A program made the position numbers and the translations under genes. This document shows, one piece after another, positions 8,529 through 17,104 of a stretch of DNA of 64,000 nt. The notes under the pieces were generated by a model, which searched no databases, was not told where the DNA came from, and saw only the letters and a program-made list of their open reading frames with translations. How positions within the stretch are numbered: the stretch's first letter is position 1; every line of letters starts with the position of its first letter. The DNA lies in assembly GCA_000165345.1 (NCBI GenBank), contig CM000436.1, forward strand, positions 672,001-736,000, in the 5' to 3' direction.

Positions 8529-10415
8529 ATGTCTCCTATTACATTGAAGCAATATGTTTTGCTTAGTTTCGGGCTACTTTTGGGGCTTTTTGTACATTTA
8601 TTAAGTGTATACGATTTTTACTTTTACCACATAATCATGCACATAACTATAACCAAAGCGTCCACCATGATAATTACAAATGCAGGTTTATTGACTTTAT
8701 ACTTTTTGGGTAAGGTTATTTTGAATATGTTTGTGGGAAGATTAAGAGATATTGAACTGGAAGAAATCATTGATCAAGGGCGAATGTTTTTATTAGATAC
8801 AATCTTTTTTTTGTTATTTAGTAGCCCAACAATAGATAATATAGAAGTTGGAGCAATGGTCCTTTCAAGATACATTACTCTTATTTTGGTTTTAAAGCTT
8901 TTACATTTAATTTCCCATATTCGAATTAACCACATGTTTGAATTAGACAGACCAAAAACTACTGCAATTGTTAGAATGGCAGCTTTGCTTAATATTCTCC
9001 TGATTATTGACATAAGTTTAGTTTTCAAGTATTATGGCCTATTGTCAAAAGATTCTACTCTGAGGTTGTGGGTATTTTTCGAGAGTGTTTCTTTGCTTGT
9101 TTCATGTAGCACTTCTATTGGTAAATACCTCGTTCATGTTGTAGATTTGAAGCTCCAAGCCATTCAATTATTAATGAGACAAGAGGAGGATGGAACCCCT
9201 GAACAAGGAAATACTCATTCTTCGGGAATGCAAGCTCATAACTTTGTATGGTCGAATAAGAATGCTATATTATTTTATTTGGAGGTGTTTGGCGATATAT
9301 GCTCTTTAATTACTTACCTTCTCTTCATTATTCTCTTCCTTGTGCTAAATCCTTCCAGAATTCCATTATATATTATGGGAGATATCTTCCACGTCTTAAA
9401 AGCTTTGTACAGCAAGCTATCATCATTCAGGAGATATAGAAAGCTCACAAAAAATATTGAAACCAGACTTCAGGAAGCTACACTTGAAGAGATTGAGAGA
9501 ATTGATACTTGTATTGTTTGTAGGGACACTTTGTATATTGGCTCAAAAAAGATTCCTTGCGGTCATGTATTCCATCTGGATTGTCTAAAATCTTGGTTTA
9601 TTCAACAGCAAACTTGTCCAATATGTAGGGCTCCCATAACTATCAGAGATGAAGAGCCTGAACATTCAGCAACTACTGCAGAAGAAGATAACAACTCTCC
9701 ACAAATACCAGAGGACCAGGATGAAACTAATGATATTAAAGATCCCACTTCTTCAGACCAAGCGAAACCCAACATCAATTCAGAGCCTACTAGTGCACCA
9801 TCATCTTCAGCGTTTAATTCAAATGAATCCGGGAGCTCAACTGATGTTAGCTCTGACAGTTTTAAGAAAATCTTCAAGAACTGGATAGTAAGTGAGCATA
9901 AAGCTAAACCTGTTGAAGAAACAACATCAACAAGAATGGCGAAGGACTTGAAAGAAACCAAATTTCAGATATCGAAACACCCTTTGTTTAAAAGCAAGCG
10001 TGATGACTTATATAGAAAGGTTTCAAAAGCTGCAAATAGAGGGGATCATATAAATAGCCTTCCTCCTCAGTTACTTTCACTACAACCTCAAATTTTACTA
10101 GAATTAAATAAAAATTTGGAACAGAGAACATTTGGAAGTGAATATGGAAGTCAAGAGTTTTCTGAAATGATGAGCAAAATGTATAAGAAAAATGCAGATA
10201 TTTGGTTGAATATGGTTAGCGAGCTCATCAAAGCTAAAGAACAAAATTGTATCCAACATTCGGTACCAATTGAACGAAAAAGCAGTATTCACATACAAGG
10301 AGAAAGTTTATCTAATATGTATGAAAGTAGTTCTAGGGCAGACCCCTTGAGAAATCTAATGGATGCTGTCAATAATCAGCTTAACGAAACAAAAAATATT
10401 AATAAGGCTGCTTGA
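8529..10415 (+). CDS. HRD1: HRD1/synoviolin-type ER-associated-degradation RING-H2 E3 ubiquitin ligase. It has N-terminal TM helices, a RING-H2 domain and a long low-complexity C-terminal tail.
   Basis: FLGKVILNMFVGRLR matches the Hrd1 TM1-2 motif LLGKVMGKVFFGQLR. The RING CIVCRDTLYIGSKKIPCGHVFHLDCLKSWFIQQQTCPICR is nearly identical to the Hrd1 RING, including the WFxxQQTCPxCR signature. The start is placed at ATG 8529 because the track start 8523 is GTG. Confidence 0.85.
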   Translation: MSPITLKQYVLLSFGLLLGLFVHLLSVYDFYFYHIIMHITITKASTMIITNAGLLTLYFLGKVILNMFVGRLRDIELEEIIDQGRMFLLDTIFFLLFSSPTIDNIEVGAMVLSRYITLILVLKLLHLISHIRINHMFELDRPKTTAIVRMAALLNILLIIDISLVFKYYGLLSKDSTLRLWVFFESVSLLVSCSTSIGKYLVHVVDLKLQAIQLLMRQEEDGTPEQGNTHSSGMQAHNFVWSNKNAILFYLEVFGDICSLITYLLFIILFLVLNPSRIPLYIMGDIFHVLKALYSKLSSFRRYRKLTKNIETRLQEATLEEIERIDTCIVCRDTLYIGSKKIPCGHVFHLDCLKSWFIQQQTCPICRAPITIRDEEPEHSATTAEEDNNSPQIPEDQDETNDIKDPTSSDQAKPNINSEPTSAPSSSAFNSNESGSSTDVSSDSFKKIFKNWIVSEHKAKPVEETTSTRMAKDLKETKFQISKHPLFKSKRDDLYRKVSKAANRGDHINSLPPQLLSLQPQILLELNKNLEQRTFGSEYGSQEFSEMMSKMYKKNADIWLNMVSELIKAKEQNCIQHSVPIERKSSIHIQGESLSNMYESSSRADPLRNLMDAVNNQLNETKNINKAA

Positions 10416-10508
10416 TTAATTGTAGATGAAAGTTGTGATTAGAATATTGAGATAGAGAGATATAGGTAGTTTATATTATAATATCTGAATAAAGAAGTGT
10501 ATTCATAT

Positions 10509-11726
10509 CTATATAGTTATAACGTAACCGGGGGGAAGTATATCCATTGCAAGATGGATATTACTTCCGATTACTATTGAGACCAATAGGGCAAACCAAT
10601 TAGGGTTTAGCTCAAGAGCCATTGCGAACTTTTCTTTATGTAGAGCAAGGATAAGTGCTTGAATTGCCATCTCTTTCCCTTTTGAAGAGTTATTAAGCTC
10701 AATAAGTCTTCTTGTAAGTACCGGTAATGGCTGATATTTTGCGATTGAAATGATTCCAATAAATGTGGAAGAGCACGGTAGGGTTAGCACCTTAAGAGTA
10801 TCTTGAATGAAAAGAGGAAACTTGGCTAAACTTGGATATAGATTAAATCCAATTACGGACAGATCATTAAAGCATTCTAAATCTGTTGGAGGTGAATCTG
10901 GAGAAAAAATGCTCACGTACTTTTCTGAATAGTAAAAACTATTTATTTCGTTACATATAAAATCCTTGAGAATTTTGTCGGCAGAGCATAGTGGAAGGAG
11001 CGAAACCACCTCAACCTGAGCCTCTGAGAGGTAGACTTTGGATAATCGGTTTTGATCTTGATGATCACCTCCATAATTTAGAAGAAAGTATTTAACTTCT
11101 ACATTAGGGGTTAAACTGCTTTCACTTATATCTTGAAATCTTGGAAATCCACCATTATCCAGCCTTTTGAGGCAACTAGAAGAATCCATGAGCCAGATTA
11201 CAAGTAACTGTCTTTCCTTCCCAATGTTTTGGTGCTCTTCTGTCCAATTTATATTATTTGGTCCTGGAGCACCAAAACTGTTATCAGTTCCATTCTGTAA
11301 TTCAGATCTTTCAATAATAGCACCTTCTTTGAGGAAATCGCTAAAACAATCTGGAATTGGCCTTATTTCTTGTTGATTAATACTATTTTGCACCTCTGAC
11401 TTAATTGGAAAAGAGTCCTGTTCAGTCTTAAGCTCTATATTGCTACTTGTTATTTGCTCCATCAACATATCTATAATCGTAAGCGACGGTACTAATGAAC
11501 AGCTGCCAATTGGATACCAGCTCACCTCCTTAAATCTATGGTTAGCAAAAACTAACTCCCTCTTCATTTCATCCAAGACAAAATAAACAGAAATCAAACA
11601 CTCAGAGTATTCCCTATTAAACTCATCATCTAGAAACAACCGTTTCAGTGCATCTTTGAAATACTCCAGACGCAGAATGGAGTGCTCACTATTAAAATCA
11701 ATGTCAAAAACTATTAAAATCGACAT
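10509..11726 (-). CDS. Hypothetical protein of about 405 aa. Its N-terminus (SILIVFDIDFNSE) weakly resembles a vWA/Rossmann-like beta strand.
   Basis: Long ORF. The first ATG is at 11726; the track start at 11753 is TTG. No confident family assignment was possible. Confidence 0.5.
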   Translation of the reverse strand: MSILIVFDIDFNSEHSILRLEYFKDALKRLFLDDEFNREYSECLISVYFVLDEMKRELVFANHRFKEVSWYPIGSCSLVPSLTIIDMLMEQITSSNIELKTEQDSFPIKSEVQNSINQQEIRPIPDCFSDFLKEGAIIERSELQNGTDNSFGAPGPNNINWTEEHQNIGKERQLLVIWLMDSSSCLKRLDNGGFPRFQDISESSLTPNVEVKYFLLNYGGDHQDQNRLSKVYLSEAQVEVVSLLPLCSADKILKDFICNEINSFYYSEKYVSIFSPDSPPTDLECFNDLSVIGFNLYPSLAKFPLFIQDTLKVLTLPCSSTFIGIISIAKYQPLPVLTRRLIELNNSSKGKEMAIQALILALHKEKFAMALELNPNWFALLVSIVIGSNIHLAMDILPPGYVITI

Positions 11727-11778
11727 CTTACATAAAACAAACGCTCTTAGCAAGCAAGCTTTACAAAATAAAAACTAC

Positions 11779-11787
11779 TTGGCGCCA
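11779..11787. promoter_or_regulatory. E2F-like TTGGCGCCA element about 55 bp upstream of the 10509..11726 gene start.
   Basis: Direct reading: aaactacTTGGCGCCAttaatacc. Confidence 0.35.
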
Positions 11788-11823
11788 TTAATACCGACGC
11801 ACTTCCCACATGTAGGTGGTTAG

Positions 11824-13140
11824 CTAATCAAAATAAATAGTCTCCAGCTCACTGATTATTCCCGAAACCCTATCAAATATCAGCTTTAGCTTATTACTTT
11901 TAGTTATTTCTTCGTGAAAGATGTTTTCCCTAGCCTCAATTGGAATATCTAACTTCCCAACTTTGTTGAAAATCTCTACGCCCACATTTATACAATCTGA
12001 GATCAAATTGCCTAAAATTGTCATCTGTGATACAGAACCTTCTCTAAATGTATAGACAAGGGTCCCAAACATTAAGGAGGATCTATTTTCTCCAAACTTT
12101 CTGTATGTGTGCCTGATCTTGCACTCCGTTAAAATTTTAGAAATCAGCTCGCACGGTACTCCGAGCCTTTCGCAATCAACTGAAACAAGATGTGTATCTG
12201 TTCCATCTCCAAGTAGAGGAATTCCTGAGTCAAGCATTGTCTGCGCTAGAACAGCAGAGTTATCAAGTGCTGCTGCTACAAACTCACTAGTTCGAGAAGT
12301 TAACATTCCTTGAATTTGGACAGCAAATGACCCAATTTGATGATTATGAGGGCCTCCTTGGAGGCCTGGAAATACTGCGGAGTTAACTTTCTGAAATAAT
12401 CCAGGATTTTTGCTGTTGTTCAACATCAAGAAGCCACCTTTAGGACCACCCAAACTGCTTTGAGTGTTAGAATAAATGATGTCGCAATATCTGTATGGAT
12501 TGTTGTCCTCCCTTCCATACCTATCAAATGATATCAAAAGTGCAATTTCGCTAATATCAGCGACTAAAAAGATTTTAAATTCATTGCAAATCTCACTAAG
12601 CAGTCTGTAGTCTATGAATAATGTTAATACATCGGATGGAACAAGTAACAACTTGGGCTTTAATATCTTACATTTCTCCCTCAGGTCAACTATATCAAAC
12701 CCCCTACCTTTTTTATCCAAATTATAATATTCAACTTGGTAATAATTTTCCAATACAGTGTCAGAATCACCCCTAATCCTCAAAATTCGATCCCCCTTAT
12801 TCAGTAATCCCATACAGATGGCCAACTCAGCATGGCTTCCACTATAACACTGGATATTAAATAGCCATTCGTCATTGCTTTTTTTGTCTAATTTTAGAAA
12901 TTGTTTTAATCTACTTGCGCAGAGCGTTTCTATCTTATCAATAACGTGTGTTCCACCATAATACCTTGTTCCAGGAAAACCCTCTGAATATTTGTTTGTA
13001 AGGATACTCCCAAGGACTTTTCTCGCAGCATTAATCATAACATTTTCCTTGGGGTGTAAGTTTAAATGAGAATTCTGAAAATCTTTTTCCTTATTAATAA
13101 TATTGAATAACTCTTGATCAGATTCAATTGTTGTATTCAT
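11824..13140 (-). CDS. Divergent serine hydroxymethyltransferase-like paralog. It has the SHMT fold but has lost the PLP-binding Lys and the HLTHG motif, so it is probably a pseudoenzyme or regulatory subunit.
   Basis: It conserves LTNKYSEGFPGTRYYGG (SHMT: LTNKYSEGYPGxRYYGG), NIQCYSGSHAELA (VNVQPYSGSPANLA), NSAVFPGLQGGPHNHQIG (FAVFPSLQGGPHNHAIA) and GDGTDTHLVSVD (SGGTDNHLVLVD). Where SHMT has TTTHKTLRGPR, this ORF reads SNTQSSLGGPKGG, with no HK. The GGHLTHG motif is absent. Confidence 0.7.
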   Translation of the reverse strand: MNTTIESDQELFNIINKEKDFQNSHLNLHPKENVMINAARKVLGSILTNKYSEGFPGTRYYGGTHVIDKIETLCASRLKQFLKLDKKSNDEWLFNIQCYSGSHAELAICMGLLNKGDRILRIRGDSDTVLENYYQVEYYNLDKKGRGFDIVDLREKCKILKPKLLLVPSDVLTLFIDYRLLSEICNEFKIFLVADISEIALLISFDRYGREDNNPYRYCDIIYSNTQSSLGGPKGGFLMLNNSKNPGLFQKVNSAVFPGLQGGPHNHQIGSFAVQIQGMLTSRTSEFVAAALDNSAVLAQTMLDSGIPLLGDGTDTHLVSVDCERLGVPCELISKILTECKIRHTYRKFGENRSSLMFGTLVYTFREGSVSQMTILGNLISDCINVGVEIFNKVGKLDIPIEARENIFHEEITKSNKLKLIFDRVSGIISELETIYFD

Positions 13141-13398
13141 ACCTAAATGATGACGAAATTAAGTTATTAATATCAAAGATACAGTCTGTTTAGTAATTTA
13201 TTTAAGATTCTTTTTTTTTGTTACTTATTTCTAAAAAAGTGCTCGCCCCCTTTATTTGATTAAATTTTTCCCCACATGCAAGCATGTTTAACAGTGTTAG
13301 TTTCATCGTATTTACATAAATAAAATACTTATATAAATTAATTAAAATAATGAATAATGTGGATGTAAAATAGAACCTCTTATTTTTAATTAATATAA

Positions 13399-14229
13399 TT
13401 AGAAAATGATTCTAAAAATAATTACTAATATTAGAAAAGCAGTTAAATAAAGAACTATTTTAGTTATTCTTCTCCTTCGATCTCTTTCAGAAATTACATT
13501 AATCTCGTGTAGTAGGTGAAAACTGTCTGTATTAATTTCTGTTTCCTTAATTTTATCTTGAAAAGTATCAATAGTAACTTGTTCAGAGGCAATCTCATTT
13601 AATAGAATATTCTGAATACTCATTAACTCTTTCGTGGACTCCTTTAATTTAATTAACTCTGCAAAACAATGATTGGTTAATATTGGGCAATAAATGAGTA
13701 AAATAAAACCAAACCTCTTCGTATAATAATGTCACTTACCTTGGTTTTGTTCAAATAAGAGTTGTTTTTCCAATTCTTTAAAATCTGGTAAAGGCATATA
13801 TTGGGAGGTATGGACGAAAGAAGAAACAGAAGAGACAGAGGTATTTGATAATGAATTCTTTTCTAATTGGTTTCTTAAACAATTATCAACTTCATATCTT
13901 TCTAAGGAGAAAATAGTCTGAAAATGAAATAATAGATTCTCAAATAACAGTTTATAATGAGGATTTATATTGTTTTCCTTTTCCAATAACATAATACAGT
14001 ACTTAAAAAGATGTTGAGTTTCTTTAATTTTGAGATCTCTCTCAATATAACAACTTTCATTGTTTAATGAGTTAATATTTTCTCCAAAGTTTAATTCTTT
14101 CAAGTAATCTATATTTTCCTTAACCTGCTTAAAACATTTGCAAACGATTTCGTCCATTCCTTCTTTAATTAGAGTACTTTTGAAATTTTCAAAGTCACTT
14201 TTCAATGACAAGCAATTACCATAATTCAT
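13399..14229 (-). CDS. Tail-anchored Q-SNARE (syntaxin-like) of about 249 aa. It is encoded in two exons (14229..13740 and 13658..13399) separated by an 81-nt intron (13739..13659).
   Basis: On the minus strand the sequence reads ...caaaaccaaG|GTAAGTGAC...GTTTTGCAG|AGTTAATT. The donor follows 1 base after codon CAA. G+AG restores the frame, so the 165-aa and 74-aa track ORFs join in frame. Exon 2 encodes a heptad SNARE motif with a zero-layer Gln (ASEQVTIDTF). This is followed by RDRRRR and a C-terminal TM (ITKIVLYLTAFLILVIIF) that ends the protein. Confidence 0.6.
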
Positions 14230-14520
14230 TTCACAATTTAGATTTAGAGTAGTTCTTTTATTAATTACTTAAAGAATTTATTGCATTTTATTTCTTGTTT
14301 AATTTAATTATGAGTAATATAGCAATCTCTCCAAACATTCAAACTCTCCAATTCTGACTATCAGGTTTAAACACATACAAAATAGCCTGAAGGATTTCTA
14401 AAGTCTAAACTTGAATAACTTATCTAACTTAATCAGATTTTAACTTTTCTGACTTTTTCACTGGCTATCCATGTATTTTGTGAGGTACAGATAAATTTTG
14501 CGAGCTTAGAAAATGATGCT

Positions 14521-14530
14521 TTGGCGCCAA
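14521..14530. promoter_or_regulatory. Perfect palindromic E2F-like site TTGGCGCCAA, about 290 bp upstream of the SNARE gene start and about 340 bp upstream of the 14871 gene.
   Basis: Direct reading: gatgctTTGGCGCCAAtcgc. Confidence 0.4.
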
Positions 14531-14870
14531 TCGCTTTGCTAATACTGCATTTAGGAGTTGAAAAATTAAATAGTTAAAATTATTTAGACAAGAGCCTGTT
14601 GTTGAAGCTGAAAGGTATTTGATTATCTTAGACCGAATTTTCCTTTTCGTTCCTCTACAAATTACTGGAATAATAAGTCTGCATGCAATTTACATCTTTT
14701 GCGGGAACTGAAAGCAAAATTGTAGAAAAACAAAATTTACTGCTAAAAATAAGAATTAAACAAACTTCTCATTTTAAAGCACTAAAAGAATCAAATAGAG
14801 CGAACTGACCTACATAAATGTGTGTGCTTATTTATGAACCCCGAGTTTGAAAATCTATAAAATTAATCTT

Positions 14871-15290
14871 ATGGAAACAATGCAAAATTGGGAAATTATA
14901 GACGACTACGATATTGAGAAGGAAAATGAAAAGGTTAAAAATAGTGATATCTTATCAGATTTACTAAGTGATTATGAACTTGACAACAGCTTTATGAAAA
15001 AGGATATTAATCAGCAGCTTGAGGAAATTAATATATTGATTAAAGAAGTTAATCAAGAAAAGGTAGAATTATTGAATTCATTTCCATCTTGTTCATTAGC
15101 AATTATTAAGAGCTTAACCAGAGGTGATGAAATTGATGAAGAAAATATGGAGATTGATCAGATGTCACTCTCAAGCAGCGAGATCAACTCTAGCAATGAT
15201 TCACCTTTGTTTGAAACACGAGTAAATATCGACCTGCATCAGAGTCTTACGGACTCTCCAGGAAGCATGAATATATCAGACTTTCTTTAG
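14871..15290 (+). CDS. Small acidic hypothetical protein of about 139 aa.
   Basis: ORF with its first ATG at 14871; the track start at 14847 is TTG. The protein is Asp/Glu/Ser/Asn-rich with no recognisable domain. It may be a spurious ORF. Confidence 0.3.
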   Translation: METMQNWEIIDDYDIEKENEKVKNSDILSDLLSDYELDNSFMKKDINQQLEEINILIKEVNQEKVELLNSFPSCSLAIIKSLTRGDEIDEENMEIDQMSLSSSEINSSNDSPLFETRVNIDLHQSLTDSPGSMNISDFL

Positions 15291-15358
15291 CCATGAAAAA
15301 AATGTAAATATTCAAAAGAAAGAAATTAACAATTCACAAACGAGAGTAAGCAAACGCA

Positions 15359-16696
15359 CTAATACTTATCTACGATAGAAACAAATTCAAACGATGAGGC
15401 AAACTTTCGCACTGTTTGCCTGATATTCTCTATTGCTGGAGAGGCCTTAATATTAGAAACAAACTCTGCAAGAGTCTCCCCATCCTTTTGAATATCTCGA
15501 GCAGTAGTTAAAACTTCTACAATTATCCTTGAAACGAATTTGAAATCATCCAACTCCATCCCTCTGCTCGCAAGGGCTGCAGTTCCAAGTCTGACGCCAC
15601 TGCAATTCATAGTTCTCCCATCACAAGGTAAAGAACTTCTACTTGTTGAAATTTCGCATACTTCTAGTGCTTTCTCAGCCTTAGCCCCAGAAATGTTCAA
15701 TGATCTTGTATCTATTAGAATTTTGTGGGAATCAGTTCCATTTGTAAGAATCTTGATTCCAGACTCCTCGAGCAATTTGCAAAGCAATTGAGAGCTTTCT
15801 AGCACTCTACTTGCATATTTAACCCAAGAAGCAGAAACTACTTGTTTCAGTTGGAAACAAAGGGCTGCAACTTGGTTGAAATGAATACTAGACTGAATTT
15901 CTTTAGAAACTGACTCATCAATCTTAACTCTGATCTTGGACTCTACGTCCTTTCTGTAAAATATTATTGCTGACCTTGGTCCTCTTAATGTCTTGTGAGA
16001 CGTTGTTGTAATGAAATCTGCGTAGTCTTTGGGTGACGGGTACTTCCCTGCAACCACCAAACCAGAGTAGTGAGCGATATCTACCATCAGGTAGGCCTTC
16101 ACTTTGTCGCAGATATCCCTAAACCTCTTAAAGTTGATCATTCTAGGATACCCACTAGCTCCTGCTATTATCATCTTTGGTCTAAATAGTATTGCATTTT
16201 CTTCCAACTTATCGTAATCTATCACTCCTTCTAAATCAGTTACATAAGGGAGTGACTCAAAATAGTGAGATGAACAGTTAACTCTCTTCAAATTTGTATA
16301 GTGTCCGTGAGTCAGGTGGCCTCCATGTTGTAATGACAATCCCATTATTCTATCATTAGGTTTTAATACTGCATTTAATACTGCAAAATTTGCAGGAGAG
16401 CCACTATGAGGCTTTACATTAGCACCCCATACTTCAGGATCTAGTCCATATGCTTTTAAGGCTCTTTCATTTGTGAGCTCTAATAGTTCTTGTGCAGAAG
16501 TTGAGTTTAATTCCATATTTTTATCATTATTAAACATTGAGAATGTACTTGACAAGCTGTCCAAGACTCCCTTCGATACAAAGTTTTCGGATGCTATCAT
16601 TTCTAGTCCATTAATCTGTCTATCATATTCTTCATTGATTAGCTCATACATAATGGGATCCAGCTCTTTTAATGATTTTTCCTGTAAAAATACCAT
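15359..16696 (-). CDS. SHMT: Serine hydroxymethyltransferase, a canonical PLP-dependent enzyme.
   Basis: All SHMT hallmarks are present: LEMIASENFVS, GGHLTHGHYT, VDIAHYSGLVVAG, TTTSHKTLRGPRSAIIF containing the Schiff-base Lys, and GTDSHKILIDTR. It starts with ATG at 16696. Confidence 0.9.
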   Translation of the reverse strand: MVFLQEKSLKELDPIMYELINEEYDRQINGLEMIASENFVSKGVLDSLSSTFSMFNNDKNMELNSTSAQELLELTNERALKAYGLDPEVWGANVKPHSGSPANFAVLNAVLKPNDRIMGLSLQHGGHLTHGHYTNLKRVNCSSHYFESLPYVTDLEGVIDYDKLEENAILFRPKMIIAGASGYPRMINFKRFRDICDKVKAYLMVDIAHYSGLVVAGKYPSPKDYADFITTTSHKTLRGPRSAIIFYRKDVESKIRVKIDESVSKEIQSSIHFNQVAALCFQLKQVVSASWVKYASRVLESSQLLCKLLEESGIKILTNGTDSHKILIDTRSLNISGAKAEKALEVCEISTSRSSLPCDGRTMNCSGVRLGTAALASRGMELDDFKFVSRIIVEVLTTARDIQKDGETLAEFVSNIKASPAIENIRQTVRKFASSFEFVSIVDKY

Positions 16697-17104
16697 TTCT
16701 TAAGTGATTATTTATTACAGTTCTGTATTACACGGTCTTTATATTCCTAAATCTTTAGTAGCTTCACAAATTTTTATTTCTAGCGTTTAAACAAAGCTAT
16801 ATTCGAATTTCAACTTTGTTTTTTATATTTTGGTAATTGTGTTCAATTATTAAACTTTTTTGTCCAAATAAAGTACATGCGCCATGTGTGGGTAATTTAT
16901 CAGTAAATCGTTGAATGAATGCTAACCCAGAAATTTTTCTAATTTATAAAAATATTATTCTCTAAAAATTACTATGATCTCTGAATAAATTTCGCTCTTT
17001 AGATTTCTCAAGATAACTAGGACAGTACTAATCTACCAAAGATAGAATTTTATTACAAATCAATTATTATTGTCCTACTAGAAAAACCGGAAATGTATTG
17101 AAAA

